Below are positions 29,700-42,306 of a stretch of 64,000 nucleotides of DNA, one piece after another. The position numbers and the translations under genes were made by a program. The notes below the pieces were generated by a model. It ran no database searches and was not told the DNA's origin. It saw only the letters and a program-made list of their open reading frames with translations. This DNA is from Eledone cirrhosa (lineage: Eukaryota): the NCBI GenBank assembly GCA_964016885.1, contig OZ024748.1:1984001-2048000 (forward strand), read 5' to 3'. The first letter of the stretch is position 1; each line of letters opens with the position of its first letter.

Positions 29700-30050
29700 A
29701 GTTCTTAACATTCTGCTGTGATCCTGAAGAATTAAGTTGACCTACTCTTCAGGCCAGTTGAAACAAGTTGATTTAAAAAGCTTGCTTCAATCTCTATGAA
29801 ACCATTTTCTTTCTCTCTTTCTTTGTGTCCATCTCTTATATTTCTAGTCGAAATATTCCACTAATGTCTAGTTTGTCTCCAAGAAGCTTTAGCTATTTAC
29901 TGCTCATTTTCCATGTCTCTGCTCCAATGTTGCATAACTCTTTTTTCACAAGTATGAATATTTTTCAATCCAATAGTTTCCTACCTATTTAATAGATGCC
30001 AGTTGCAGCTATTCTCTCCAATCCAACTGTCTTCTATGCCATGTCCTTCC
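29700..30050 (-). mobile_element. Highly decayed RTE-like fragment
   Basis: Minus strand contains GGAGCAGAGACATGG (GAETW) and a downstream RRKWF-like segment. Confidence 0.35.
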
Positions 30051-31365
30051 TATAAAAGCTACTTTTGTTGTTACTGTTCAAAAGAAAATGTCAAAGCCAC
30101 CTGTGCGGAACATATTTCTTGTCACACACAAACTGGCTGGCTACAGCCAGTTTGTGTGTGACAAGAAATATGTTCCGCACAGGCAGCTTTGACATTTTTG
30201 TATGTGACATCCATACGAAAGCTAGTTTGTTGTTGTTGGTGGTGGTGGTAGTAATGCTGTTTGGTAAAATGGGCATCCTTAAATATGGTTTGCTAATTTG
30301 TTGTGGAACTAACACACACACACTCTCTCTCTCTTTATATATATACGACAGTCTATGGCTAGCCATATTATGTAGAGCGCCATATTCACATCCTAAACAG
30401 CAATTGTCAATATATTTGACCAGCATCATGAACTAACTATTCCACAATGACTTGAGTGGGTTATGTTACTAAAATGCTAATTTAAGTCCAAAGCATTCCA
30501 ATTAAAATTTGATATTTCTTACACAGAACTAACTGAATATCGGTTTCTTCCCCATAGAATATTTCAAATTAATTTAATCTCAGAGCTGTCGGTAGTTTCT
30601 AGAATATATCTAATACATCAATTACAATAAACAAATATATTCTGATGATTTACATTTCCTTTCATTTTACATTTAGTTTTTCATTCTTATATGGGTCAGA
30701 CATATATGTATATTTGAAATTTTAATGAGATTCTACTCTTCCTTCTCCTCCTCATAATCACTATCATTTTTATCATCATCATCATTTTATGCTCATTTTC
30801 CTTGCTGGCATGGGTTAGACAGTTTGTTACAATCTTTGTCAGCTCCAATTCAAAGTTATTGCTCTCTTAAATGGATCACAGGACTCAGTCTCATATGTTC
30901 AAAATGTTGACTTGATATCTATGGCTTGATACCCTTACTAACACTGTCCACTTAACAGACTATACTAAGCTCATTTTATTGTGAGAGTAGCACTAGAAGA
31001 GCTGTCACGTCCTCAACATGACTAAAGAACCATTGTTTGACCACTGACTATTTTACAGAGTGTACTGTAAACATTTTATCATGGCACCACTAGTAGAGTG
31101 GTTGCTTTTCACTGTGTATAATCATCTCCATTCTTGAATACTAATTGTTAGTTTATCATTATTGTCAACATCATCATAATCATCATCCTCATCATATTAC
31201 ATCTGATTTCCATGTCAGAATGGGTTGGCCAGATTGTTATGACCTGAGTCAGTTCTTATTCAGAATTACTGTAATCAGGTTGGAGGACTGTGTAGCACTC
31301 ACACATTCCAATCCAATTTTTGACATGGTTTTTATTGATGGATGTCCTTCCTAATAGCAACTACT

Positions 31366-31577
31366 TTAATCCTTTAGCATTTACATTACTCTATATATAT
31401 ATACTATTATATTTTCATGGTAAATGCTTTACCTCACATAATTATCTCACATAATATCGAATCAATGAGATTTTCAAAGTATTTATTTTGAGAACAATAC
31501 CTGAACATCAGTTTGAGTGACCAGTTTCAACAGAAAAAGGTAGAGAATTCTGGCCAGTTTGAACATTAAAGGGTTAA
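31366..31577. mobile_element. TTAA-flanked MITE (piggyBac-like)
   Basis: TTAA-TCCTTTAGCATTT ... AACATTAAAGGG-TTAA; same family as 40581-40916. Confidence 0.75.
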
Positions 31578-33501
31578 AGAGTGTACAAAATGCTTTTTAT
31601 CATAGTACTACTATTATAGAAGTTGTAATATCCTTAACAAAGTGAAGAGTCCAAAAGGTTGAAAGAGGAAAAATATGAATATGTGAGTGAAGTGAGAAAG
31701 AGAGAGATAGGGTGGTAAGGGAGGAAGATGGACAGTGCTGGTTGTGGGTGGGATGTTGAAAAGACAACAGCATGAGCAACAGAAGGGGATAGCAGTAGCG
31801 ATGTGTCAGGGTTGGAGAGAGAGCAAGTGATGAAGAGAGGGATAGAGAGCAGAAGAGAAGTGTGATTGTAAATGAGAGTGGTAGGTGGCAGTTGAGTGTC
31901 TCATGGGAGAGAGAGGGAATGGTAGTTAGTAAGGAGAAGGTTGAATATGAACCCGAATGTTGAATATCAATAAATATGGGTGATAAGTGAATGTGGTAAA
32001 TGTCAGTTAAGATTCTCATGGGGGAGAGAGAATTACATGTATATATATATAAGCATATATATAACTTTATGTATAAGAATGTATTTCTAACCTTTCTGTA
32101 AAACAGTTTTGAAGAGTACAGACCCAAGAGAGGAGAGTGTAAATAATGCAATTTTTCTGTATATAAATGCACTCATGCACAAGCATATTTAAATACACAC
32201 ACACATATATATGCTTATGTATATATACACACACATATATAGATATACATGTGTTTCATATAAAGTTTATAAACTATCCACTCCCTTTTCCCTCTAATAT
32301 TGATAATATTTGGCTAAATATGCTTATATGTTTGCTGATTAATTCATTGTTAAATCAAATCAGTTTTGGAGCAAGACTGTGCTTAAATCTAGGCGCGGCT
32401 TACATGGGTAAATCTCTTTATCATCTCTGCCTAACAACCTCTATCACTTATTAGTGATAGACTGGCATTTACCTACTAACCAGTAAATGTAAATCCATTG
32501 ACATCTGCTAGTAACACTAACAACATTATATTTGTTTCACCTGGTATATTTGGATTTTGTTGGGACAATGATAAAGTGTTGTTATTAATCCTCTGAAGTT
32601 TCTAGCGTTGTCAGTTGTGCCGCAGGTAAGACTTATTCTCTCTGTTGTTCTTCTTTAAATATTGATTTTTAATATTACGACCACAATTAAGGTAATATTT
32701 TAACCACACTGGACATTATTACTAAAAGTTAGTTAACCTTCTCTGCCTCTGTTCATACACACACATATATATATACATATACACAGTTACATAATCATTC
32801 ATGCACATTTATACATTTCCCTATATACATATATATGCTCTACGTGTGGACCATATCAGGGAAGGATCAGCACCTAGGTCAATAGACATGAGCCTATGGT
32901 TTTGAGATAGTGTACTTCCCCTCTAATTTTAGTCCTTTTACTCTATTCTGTTAGTTTGAAGTACCTCATGTACACTACATGCACATGTATATACACCATA
33001 TCACATGCATAGATCATATGTCTTTAGTACTGATAAAATACTAAAATAGTTAATGAACAGGAGTCTAAGTTGCTCATCTGGTGATGGGCTTCTATGATTA
33101 TACACTCTGTATTGCAATAATGGATACAAAGTTAACAACATACAGAGCCTACTTTCTAGTATAATGTTCTTTATAAATAAATACCACAAAAATCTTGTAC
33201 ATTTCCTATGATATTTAATAATAGAGATCTAATGTTTACTAAAATACTACCTTGGTTCATTTTGTACAGATTGTTTGATCCGTTGTCTTTATTACTACGA
33301 CTATAACCATTAAAAAGGGTGTTTCACAATCTATCATTATCTCACGTTTTCATGTATTATATCTTATTTAAGTATCAATAATTCAATACATCATGATACT
33401 CTCTTAGAACAAATTTTTTATGATTTATCTCATCACCCACAAACATTATGATTCTTCTGTAATATACAAATTTCAAAAAGTTTTTTGTAATGTTCTATAT
33501 G

Positions 33502-33505
<4 letters not shown>

Positions 33506-33592
<87 letters not shown>
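33506..33592. repeat. (CT)n microsatellite
   Basis: Pure CT dinucleotide run. Confidence 0.97.
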
Positions 33593-33595
<3 letters not shown>

Positions 33596-34887
33596 CAATA
33601 GAAGGCTGCTGATATAAAAATAAGATCTAAGGATTTTATTATGTCTTAAAATACATGTCAAGGGAAAAAGGATTCACTTTTTTGCGTCTCTATATTTTCC
33701 TGTCTGTAATACATGAAGGGTGAGTGAATGGGGCAGCTTGACAATAAGGCATTCTTAAAACAGTTGTTTGACTTGTAAGAAATAGCAGCCAAATCTCCCT
33801 CAAATCTTACCCTGCTGTCTTTAATAAAGAAGGATTCACTGGACAATATAGTCCCTGATATACCAACTTACAACGTAGTCATACCTAGAATGCTTTTGAT
33901 TGAAAGTTAATTTGATCAAGATTGACCTGTGGCTCAACAGCAACATATGACTGATAAGTCTGAGTGACCAATATTTGGAGGCTTTTATTCTTATGTTAAA
34001 TTCTTTATGACTTTTAAAGCATCTTCCAACGTGTGATCCTTTGTATACACTGTTTTGTTTTATATTCCTGCTTCTTGTAAAACAACTCTATTCTGTATAC
34101 ATATAAAACTTATTTAAACATTTCTGTTTCCATTTATCAGTATTTTAGGAGTATATTTTACAATACACTGAGAAAAACATCCATACACATACATTTGCTT
34201 GAATGAGGCATAGGTGATCCCATATTTAGACTTGATGAGACCTTAGACCATATATAGCTTGGGGGGACCCTTGTTAAAATATCACACTTACAAAAAGTAA
34301 AAATATATATCTTTTAATTATTTTGAGGGCTCTGCAGATTGTGAAACCCTAAGCTGTAGCCTGTTTAATTTATGCCTAAATCTGACACTGGTCATAGGCC
34401 ATGAAACTTTATTAGATCTTGGGATTTCTATGCTTGACAAATCACTAGCATATTAAGCAATATCTGCAGGGAAGTGATATAGTTAGTAAAAGCTTTAAAA
34501 AAAATAAGGCCATAGATCAGTTTACCATGGGTTACACTGATGTTGTAGATAATGGCTTTACAAGACAGTGACATAGTAGATTTAAGACAGTGATGTAATG
34601 GAGAGTATATCTTAATGATGATATAGATGAGAGAGGGCATTAAGAAAAGTGATGTAGTGGAAGTCAATACTATAGAACAGTGACAAAGATAACCACAGGA
34701 CATTTATATGGGGATTGAGAACTCTACAGAACAGCAACATTGATAAGAGCTCTAATGGACATTTGTATGGTAAATGAGAACAGACAACACTCTTTTGTGA
34801 CAGGACACTTTGATAGAAATAAGATATGGTGCAGTGATGTATTGATTGGAAATTCTCAAGAATAGTAACATTGTGTTATACTGTAGT

Positions 34888-35105
34888 AATAATGGTTCTA
34901 ATTTAGGTACAAGGCCAGCAATTTTGAGAAAGGGGAAAGTTGATTTAAACTGATCCCAATATTTTACTAGTACTTTATTTTATCAATTCCAGAAGGATCA
35001 AAGGCAAAGTTGACACTGGCAACATTTGAACTCAGATTGTAAAGGGCCATAACAGATATGGCTAAGCATTTATCTGATGCTCTACCCACTCTGTCAGTTC
35101 ATTGC
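34888..35105 (-). mobile_element. SINE family A
   Basis: Same core and head on the minus strand. Confidence 0.75.
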
Positions 35106-35791
35106 TCTTATACTGTCATAATAATGAATCTCAAAAGTAAAATTACTGAAATTTTTATAACAATTTTTCTAGTTACTCATATTGTAAATCACAATTTTTT
35201 GTACTTTTCCAAATTTGTATCATTCCTGCTTTTCTGCTGAATAACTTAAATAACTGTAATATACATTGCTATTATAATAATAATTGCTATTATTATCATG
35301 ATCATTACCATCTTTATAGTCATTATCAACATCTGATATGTAATCATAATTTTTCTCAAGCTGTCATAAGAGACCAAAAGAGTCCAAAAACTAATGGGAA
35401 CTTAATGAACATCATCATCATCAAACGTCTATTTCTTATGCTAGCATCCGTTAGATGGATTGTCTCATAGAAGCAAGTCAGGTCAGGTGACCGTGTCTTG
35501 ATCATATAGTATTGTTTCTGGCTAGGTTTCTACTGCTGAATACCCTTCCTAATGCCAACCACATTTATAGTGTGTGCTGGGTGCTTTTTGTCGTGACACC
35601 TACATGACCCCTTTACAGTGTGGACTGGGTGCTTTTTTGTGATACCTACATGACTTTACAATGTAAGGGTGGTGTGGAAGTGGTTGGGTTCTAGAGGATG
35701 TATGGAAGGGGGTATAGTTGTTAGGAGGTGCCTCCTAGATGTACGTCCAAAGAATTTTTCAACTCTATATTTATCTACTAAAAACGATCCT

Positions 35792-36147
35792 ATCATCATC
35801 ATCATCATCATCATCATCATTTCATTTTACGTCCTCTTTTCCCTGCTTGCAAGGGTGGGACAGGAACTGATTCTGGCTTGATTTCTACAGCTGGATGCCC
35901 TTCCTAACACCAACCTCATTTACAGTGAGTGCTGGGTGCTTTTTTGCCATGGCACCTCAACGACCACTTTGCAGTGGAATGATAGGGACTGGGGTCCCTA
36001 TCATCTCATTTCTACAGCTGAGTAAACTGGAGCAATGTGAAATAAAGTGCCTTGCTCAAGGAAACAACACATCACCCGGTCTGAGAATTGAACTCGCAAC
36101 CTTTCGATTGCAAGGCCAACACTCTAACCACTAACCCATGTGCCTCC
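35792..36147 (-). mobile_element. SINE family B
   Basis: Near-identical to 5722-6069. Confidence 0.9.
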
Positions 36148-37681
36148 ATTACCTCCTATATGTTCATTTATTTGCCTTTACTCTCGTTTTAAAATATTTG
36201 CATGTGTATTCATATATACTATTATTGCTGGCAAAACTAAGGGTTAACTGATCTCTGTTTACTAAAGAGAATGTTCTTGGGAAATGAACTTTTGCCAGAC
36301 TTACATAACTTGATGAAATAACCTTATTTATTGACATAACTTTCTCAGATGATATAGATTTTAGTTGTTGTTGTTTGTTTTGTTTTGTTTTGTTTTACTG
36401 ATTTTTATTAATTTATTGAAATATGTTTTGAATATAGGGTGGGATAGAATAAAAGTAATATTTTTTGGAAACTTCTAAGTAAGTCGATTTTCTCCCAACA
36501 ATTAAACATTCTTGTCTGAAGTATATTTAATCTCTTTAGGTAATATTTATTTAGAGATAACAGATTATTATTGCCTTTCTATACGGAGTAACCTGTAAGT
36601 GGATTAGTTAACTAAATATTAAATCTCTATATTAACTTTAACTACCATTATACCCATGTACAAGTCACACCTCAATTTTACATACAATATTTACAATCTT
36701 ACATCGATTTTTCCATGTTGGCATGGGTTGGATGGAACTTTGTGAGGCAATGTTTTACAGTGAGGTTCCCTTTCTTGTGCCAACCCTTTTAGACACTTTT
36801 TACAACATGCGGGATATGGTGTGCCTATTCTAAACCAGCTATTTTGAATTGAAGTTTTGTAGGTTCAATAGATACAACATCTGCTGTTTCTCTAGTTTCA
36901 TGGAAAAGGGTGCAATTTACTCGTGGATATAGACAGTAATAAAAGACACAAATGTTTTTATAAATGTTTGTGGTCATAAGGAAGAAGAAATGTAGCTTGA
37001 GAATGAGATACATGAGGGAAAGGGTTTGGGTGTGAGACAGTTGAAGTGTATATTTCACATAATTGTTTTTCTCATTATAGAGTTTTAAAATAATAATTCC
37101 AACCTTTTAACTTCATACAAAAATCAACAACAATAAACAACATAGCATAATAAGAATAAGAATCATAAAAAAAAGAATGACAAAACATATCCGTGAGAAA
37201 ATTTTTAAATTCGATTTTAAACCGGATTTTTTAAACTACTTAACAGAGATATATTATCTGCTTATAATCTCTGTTAATCTGTGTGTACATAATAACGCCC
37301 AAAGTTACCTCTAAGTCTATTTGACCTTTCACTATGATGAGGGTAACATACACAATACATTCATTAATGGGGCAGTGGTATTTTGATAATGTCCAACGAT
37401 CTTTTGTTCAGAGTATGTCAAGAAGAACTCTACACTTGACCAATTCTTGGACAAAATATATATATATTTTTTTGTCATGTTTTCAAAGATTGCAGATATA
37501 TTAAAATAGTATCACATCTGAGACAGTAAATCCAAATATGGGAGCAGCTAATCGGCTTCTAATCAGTTAATCTCTCTCATTATATTATCCTATAGAGAAA
37601 TCAATCAATCTATGTTTGAGACACTCTAAATTTTTGCATGTGTGTACGAATATATATATATCTAATATACACACACATGTA

Positions 37682-37725
<44 letters not shown>

Positions 37726-37979
37726 TATATACATACATATATATATATACATACATATATGTATATATACATACATATATATATATACATATATATATAT
37801 ATACATACATACACACATGCATATATATATGCACATACATATATATATACACACACATATATATATATATGCATATATTTATATATATTTGTATATACAC
37901 TACTTAAGATTATTTCATCAGATGATTTAGATTAGAATTATCAGTAAACAGAATCTTTGTCAGTTAAATATTGTCAAGG

Positions 37980-38175
37980 CTGGTTACTCCCACCAGTTAT
38001 ATCCCTGTCCCAAAAGACCACCCCTTCAATCAGATTTTCACTGTCCCATAAGACCCTCCCACCAATCAGTGTACTGTCCCACAAGACTATATTCCTAGCA
38101 ATCAATATACTTCTCCACAATACCATTCCTACTATTCAGTATACGGTCCCACAAGATTATTCCCACCAATTAGTT
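37980..38175. repeat. Degenerate ~33-bp minisatellite
   Basis: Recurrent CTGTCCCA(C)AAGAC..CCCACCAATCAG. Confidence 0.6.
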
Positions 38176-39849
38176 TTGTCATCTGCAGATTTCCAAATGA
38201 TGGAACTAAATTATCCTGTCCAGTCTTGGCTGGTACCTTGCTTCAGAACCACTGAAATATTTCAATCAAATATCAAATATCAAGAAGTTTATATGATTAT
38301 AACACTTCAGACTATTGACATCTTCTTTAGAGATGAAACATGAAAAAATATTTACATGTATATTATGTTTCAATTAGTTTGATCTCCAATCAGTATCAAG
38401 TATCTTACTTCTCAATATGTCCATAGAATATGACATAAGACACCTGATGAAGAATGGAGACCAAGTTGATCAAAATGTAATATAGATGTAAATATTAAGA
38501 TATATTTACATCTTTCAAGAAGACAGTGGCAGTCATTAGAACATCAGACAGAATGCTTTACAATATTCATTTTGGTTCTCTTTACTCTCAGTCCAAATCA
38601 TGTCACAGTCAACTTTGCCTTTCATGCTTTTGAGGTCGATATAAAAATGTACAAGTCGGGTTAGGGTTGCTTCTTCCTTTATATCTCTTTCTTATGTCCC
38701 TTCTTGCCCTCTTTCTCTTTCTTTATGAGTGATGTCTGCTATGTTCAGACCTGGAAAGGGATGGGCTCTACCTGGTTTTAAAAATGCACAAAACCTACTG
38801 AATGTCATGATGTTATGACAGCACCTCTACAACTCCATCAGGAGTTATGGGTCCATACAACATCTTCCAAGAAGAGGTTAATAATAAAAATAAAATTATA
38901 ATTTTATTCACACAACTAATTTCATATATTTAGATAATTAATGAAGAGGTTTGTAATAAATTTTGTCTAAAGATATATATATTAGGCCTAGTGGAGAGTA
39001 TGACTGCACAGATATGCATATGAAGGGAATTATAAATGGTAACAATGCAGAAATTTCAAGAATATTTTTATAGAAGATATTTTACAAGTTGGAACTCTGA
39101 CAGTGCAAGTCATTTGTTCAAGTCTTACATGAATTTTTAGATTGTGCAGTGGGGAGTGTTCAACACTTTACTTACTCCAGTCTATCTGGCTGACAGAAAC
39201 CAGTTTCACTGCAACTTCATAACTTACAACGAAAATAAACCCCCTATCTCACCATCCCCTTCAAAGAATTTAAAATAAACATACAAAAAATAAAAATCAT
39301 CATCATCATTGTTTTATGTCCACTTTTCTTTGCTTGCGTGGGTTTGATGGGTTTTCTGATGTAATGTTATTTCAGCTGGATGCCCTTCCTGTCCCCAGCC
39401 TTTTTAAATATTACAGGGATGTGGTGTGACTATTCTACCAATATTCATATGCAACAACAACAAACCTTTTAAAGCAATTTTCATTGCTAAATCAGGGGTT
39501 AGTCTTGTGGACCCCATGACATAGGGTCCTTTTTAGGGCCAGGTTTTACAGCTGGATGCCCTTCATGTCACCAACCAAGATACATATGGTTGTAGTCAAT
39601 TGAATAAGACAGGATTGAACTTATTTTCTTTGCTTTGTTTTTGTTGGTGTCCCTGATTAAATATATGAGAAAGTTCTTGAATTTGTGTGATTTTGTCTCT
39701 AATTTTGTCTCTATCTATTCCAGCAGATCACGTGGAAATATACATGGCAGATACAGTCTGAGAAATATGGAGGACAATTATTATTAATATGGAAGTAGTA
39801 GCAGAACAACACTCAAGTAACTGATTCTTGCTGGATTTAACAGGCTGAA

Positions 39850-40110
39850 CTTATTGGAGTAATATCCCCTAAAATAACACACACACTCTCTCTGTCTCTC
39901 TTTCTCTTTCATTGGAGTAACACTCATTGAAGTAATCTCTTTCACTCGGATTGGAATAACACGTGTTGAAGTAAATCTCTCTTTCACTTGAGTAATACTC
40001 ACTGAAGCAGTACTTTTAATTTCCTCACTCTTCTATGTCTCACTCTCACTCATTGGAGTAATTATATTCATTGAAGTATATTGGAATATCCCTCATTGAA
40101 GTAACTCTCT
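39850..40110. repeat. Degenerate ~35-bp minisatellite upstream of the DGK exon
   Basis: Recurrent ATTGGAGTAA..CTCATTGAAGTAA..CTCT. Confidence 0.6.
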
Positions 40111-40473
40111 CCTAATTCTTCTGAGAATTGTGCCAGAACACAGCTGAGTTATTTGAGTTCATTTCTATTGAAATATTTTCCTTTGTTTCCATTTCAAACA
40201 TACCGAAATTTTAAAATACAACCAATAAGCCAACAGAAAAAAAAAAAAAAAAAGGAAGAAATATTAAGAATATATGTTTATACAAATCTTTTCATAAAAA
40301 TTTTAATTTTACACTTTTATGAAATCAACTTGAGTTTTCTCTCTCAAAGGAATCAATCCTTGAGTAGATTGTAGCTTTATTGAGTTTACTCAGGCTTAAA
40401 AAAGGCTTACCAAGGCTGTAAAAAAACTGGAAAAATATAAAAGACATTGTGAGAATCTTCAGCACAAAATAGA

Positions 40474-40537
40474 ATGGCAATGCAGTGGCAAAAGCTTAGT
40501 CCAGCTCAGTTCCATCAACTGCAAGAATATTGCAACT
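40474..40537 (+). CDS. Dgk: First coding exon of a type I diacylglycerol kinase (DGK alpha/beta/gamma-like N-terminal domain); gene continues beyond the window
   Basis: ATG at 40474 reads MAMQWQKLSPAQFHQLQEYCN plus 1 nt, then a strong GTAAGT donor at 40538. Matches the recalled type I DGK N-terminus (human DGKB ..KWAHLSPSEFSQLQKYAEY; Drosophila Dgk ..WDKLSPREFLQLQ..). The phase-1 intron falls in the expected Tyr codon. Possible acceptor ..tttactcag ending 40393. Confidence 0.85.
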
Positions 40538-40580
40538 GTAAGTATTGCATTTTCTCTTCACAATGTTTTGATTTCTTTCA

Positions 40581-40916
40581 TTAACCCTTTACCATTTACA
40601 CTACTCTATATTTACTATTGTATTTTCATGGTAAAGGCTTTATCTCACATAATTATCTCACATAATATCGAATCTACGAGATTGTGATATTATTTATTTT
40701 GAGAATAACTTTGCCTTTCATCCTTACGGGGTCGATAAAATAAAGTACCAGTAATGCACTGGGTAATTGCTGGCCTTGTGCCTAAAGTAGAAACAATTAT
40801 TTATTTTTAGAACGATACCTTAACATAAATATGAGCAGCCGGTTATGGCAGGTTTGAACAGAAAGAATTGAGAGATTTTTGGCTAGATACGGCTAGTTTA
40901 AATGCTAAAGGATTAA
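40581..40916. mobile_element. TTAA-flanked MITE carrying a nested SINE A fragment
   Basis: TTAA-CCCTTTACCATTT ... AAATGCTAAAGGA-TTAA; the SINE 3' part at about 40706-40796 is absent from the 31366 copy. Confidence 0.8.
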
Positions 40917-41299
40917 TGATTCATTTATTTCATTAACTTTTTCTAAGATTCTTTACATGCAACGTCCCACCTAAGTTGTGACTAATGCAGAGCAATGCAG
41001 TTCATGTAATTGATGCTACACAAATCAAAATGTTGCTGCAGAGTAGCTTTGAATTTAAAATATCTTTACTCAATAGTTGTAGAAAATTAAAGGAAACATT
41101 GTTTATATGTGATCTAAAACTTTTTACAAATTTATACAAAATTTGCAGATCAATTTGATCCATGCCATCATCATGATCGTGATTGTTTTACATCTATTTT
41201 TCATGATGCTGTATGTTGGTTGGATTATCATTGTCTGAAACTTCATCTTGTTAATATATTCCATTTTTGGCATGGTTTCTATGACTTTGCGCCATTTCT

Positions 41300-41565
41300 A
41301 ATGCCAACTACTTTACAGCATATAGTGAGTGCATTTTATCGTGGCACCAGCTCAACACTACCACTTCACAGTGACCTGGGTGCATTTTATCATGGCATCA
41401 ACACTATCAATTTACTGAGTACACTGGGTGAATTTTATCATGGCACCAGCACTATCACTTTACAGAGTGGCCTGGGTGGATGCTATCATGGCACCAGCCT
41501 TACCACTTAATAGAGTGTACTAAGTGCATTTTATCGTGGCACCAGGCCTACCACTTTATAGCATG
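41300..41565. repeat. ~45-bp tandem amplification inside an RTE-tail element
   Basis: About six units of ACCACTTTACAGAGTG..TGGGTGCATTTTATCATGGCACCAGC. Confidence 0.75.
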
Positions 41566-42138
41566 TATGTACTGTATATAATAAATAATTGAAACATTTT
41601 GTTTGCCTTACTTTAAAAGAAAGGTCCAATAGTTTTGAAATATTTCAGACAGTAATTTACTGCTGGATGTCTTTTATACAATTAGGTGCTGAACTATGAA
41701 GAAGTGTTAAACCTTCAACTGTTTAACTTTGTTGAGATACTTTCCTCCGTCATTGTCAGAATTTCAATAAATAATACATGGACTTACATTTGCCATCATC
41801 TCCAACTTTGTCTATCTCTCATGATTCACACACACACACATGTACTTACACACACACACACACACATTCATATATGCATACATACATATATGAATACATA
41901 CATTATACACAAACACATACACACATGCATGCACACATACATATGCATACTCACACATAACATACACATGCATGCATGTACATAAACATGCATATACACA
42001 CACAAGCATGTATGTATGCACACACACATTTGTAAACATTTATTTGAGAGAAATATATACATATATATCTATATATATTTATATATATATACATACATAT
42101 ATATGCATATATATATATGCATATATGTGTGTATATAA

Positions 42139-42217
<79 letters not shown>

Positions 42218-42306
42218 TTTATCATTTATTTTGTTTGACCTGTTTAGCATGACTTGTTTTTTGGCTTCGGTGGTTAATGCCTTCTTGACCACTTTTTCAG
42301 TTTGTA

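Noticed and set aside
38444-38485. CTGATGA hammerhead core
   Set aside because: No pairing stem II or GAAA; at best an unrecognisable remnant.
38658-38668. Telomeric TTAGGG
   Set aside because: Fewer than two full units; chance occurrence.
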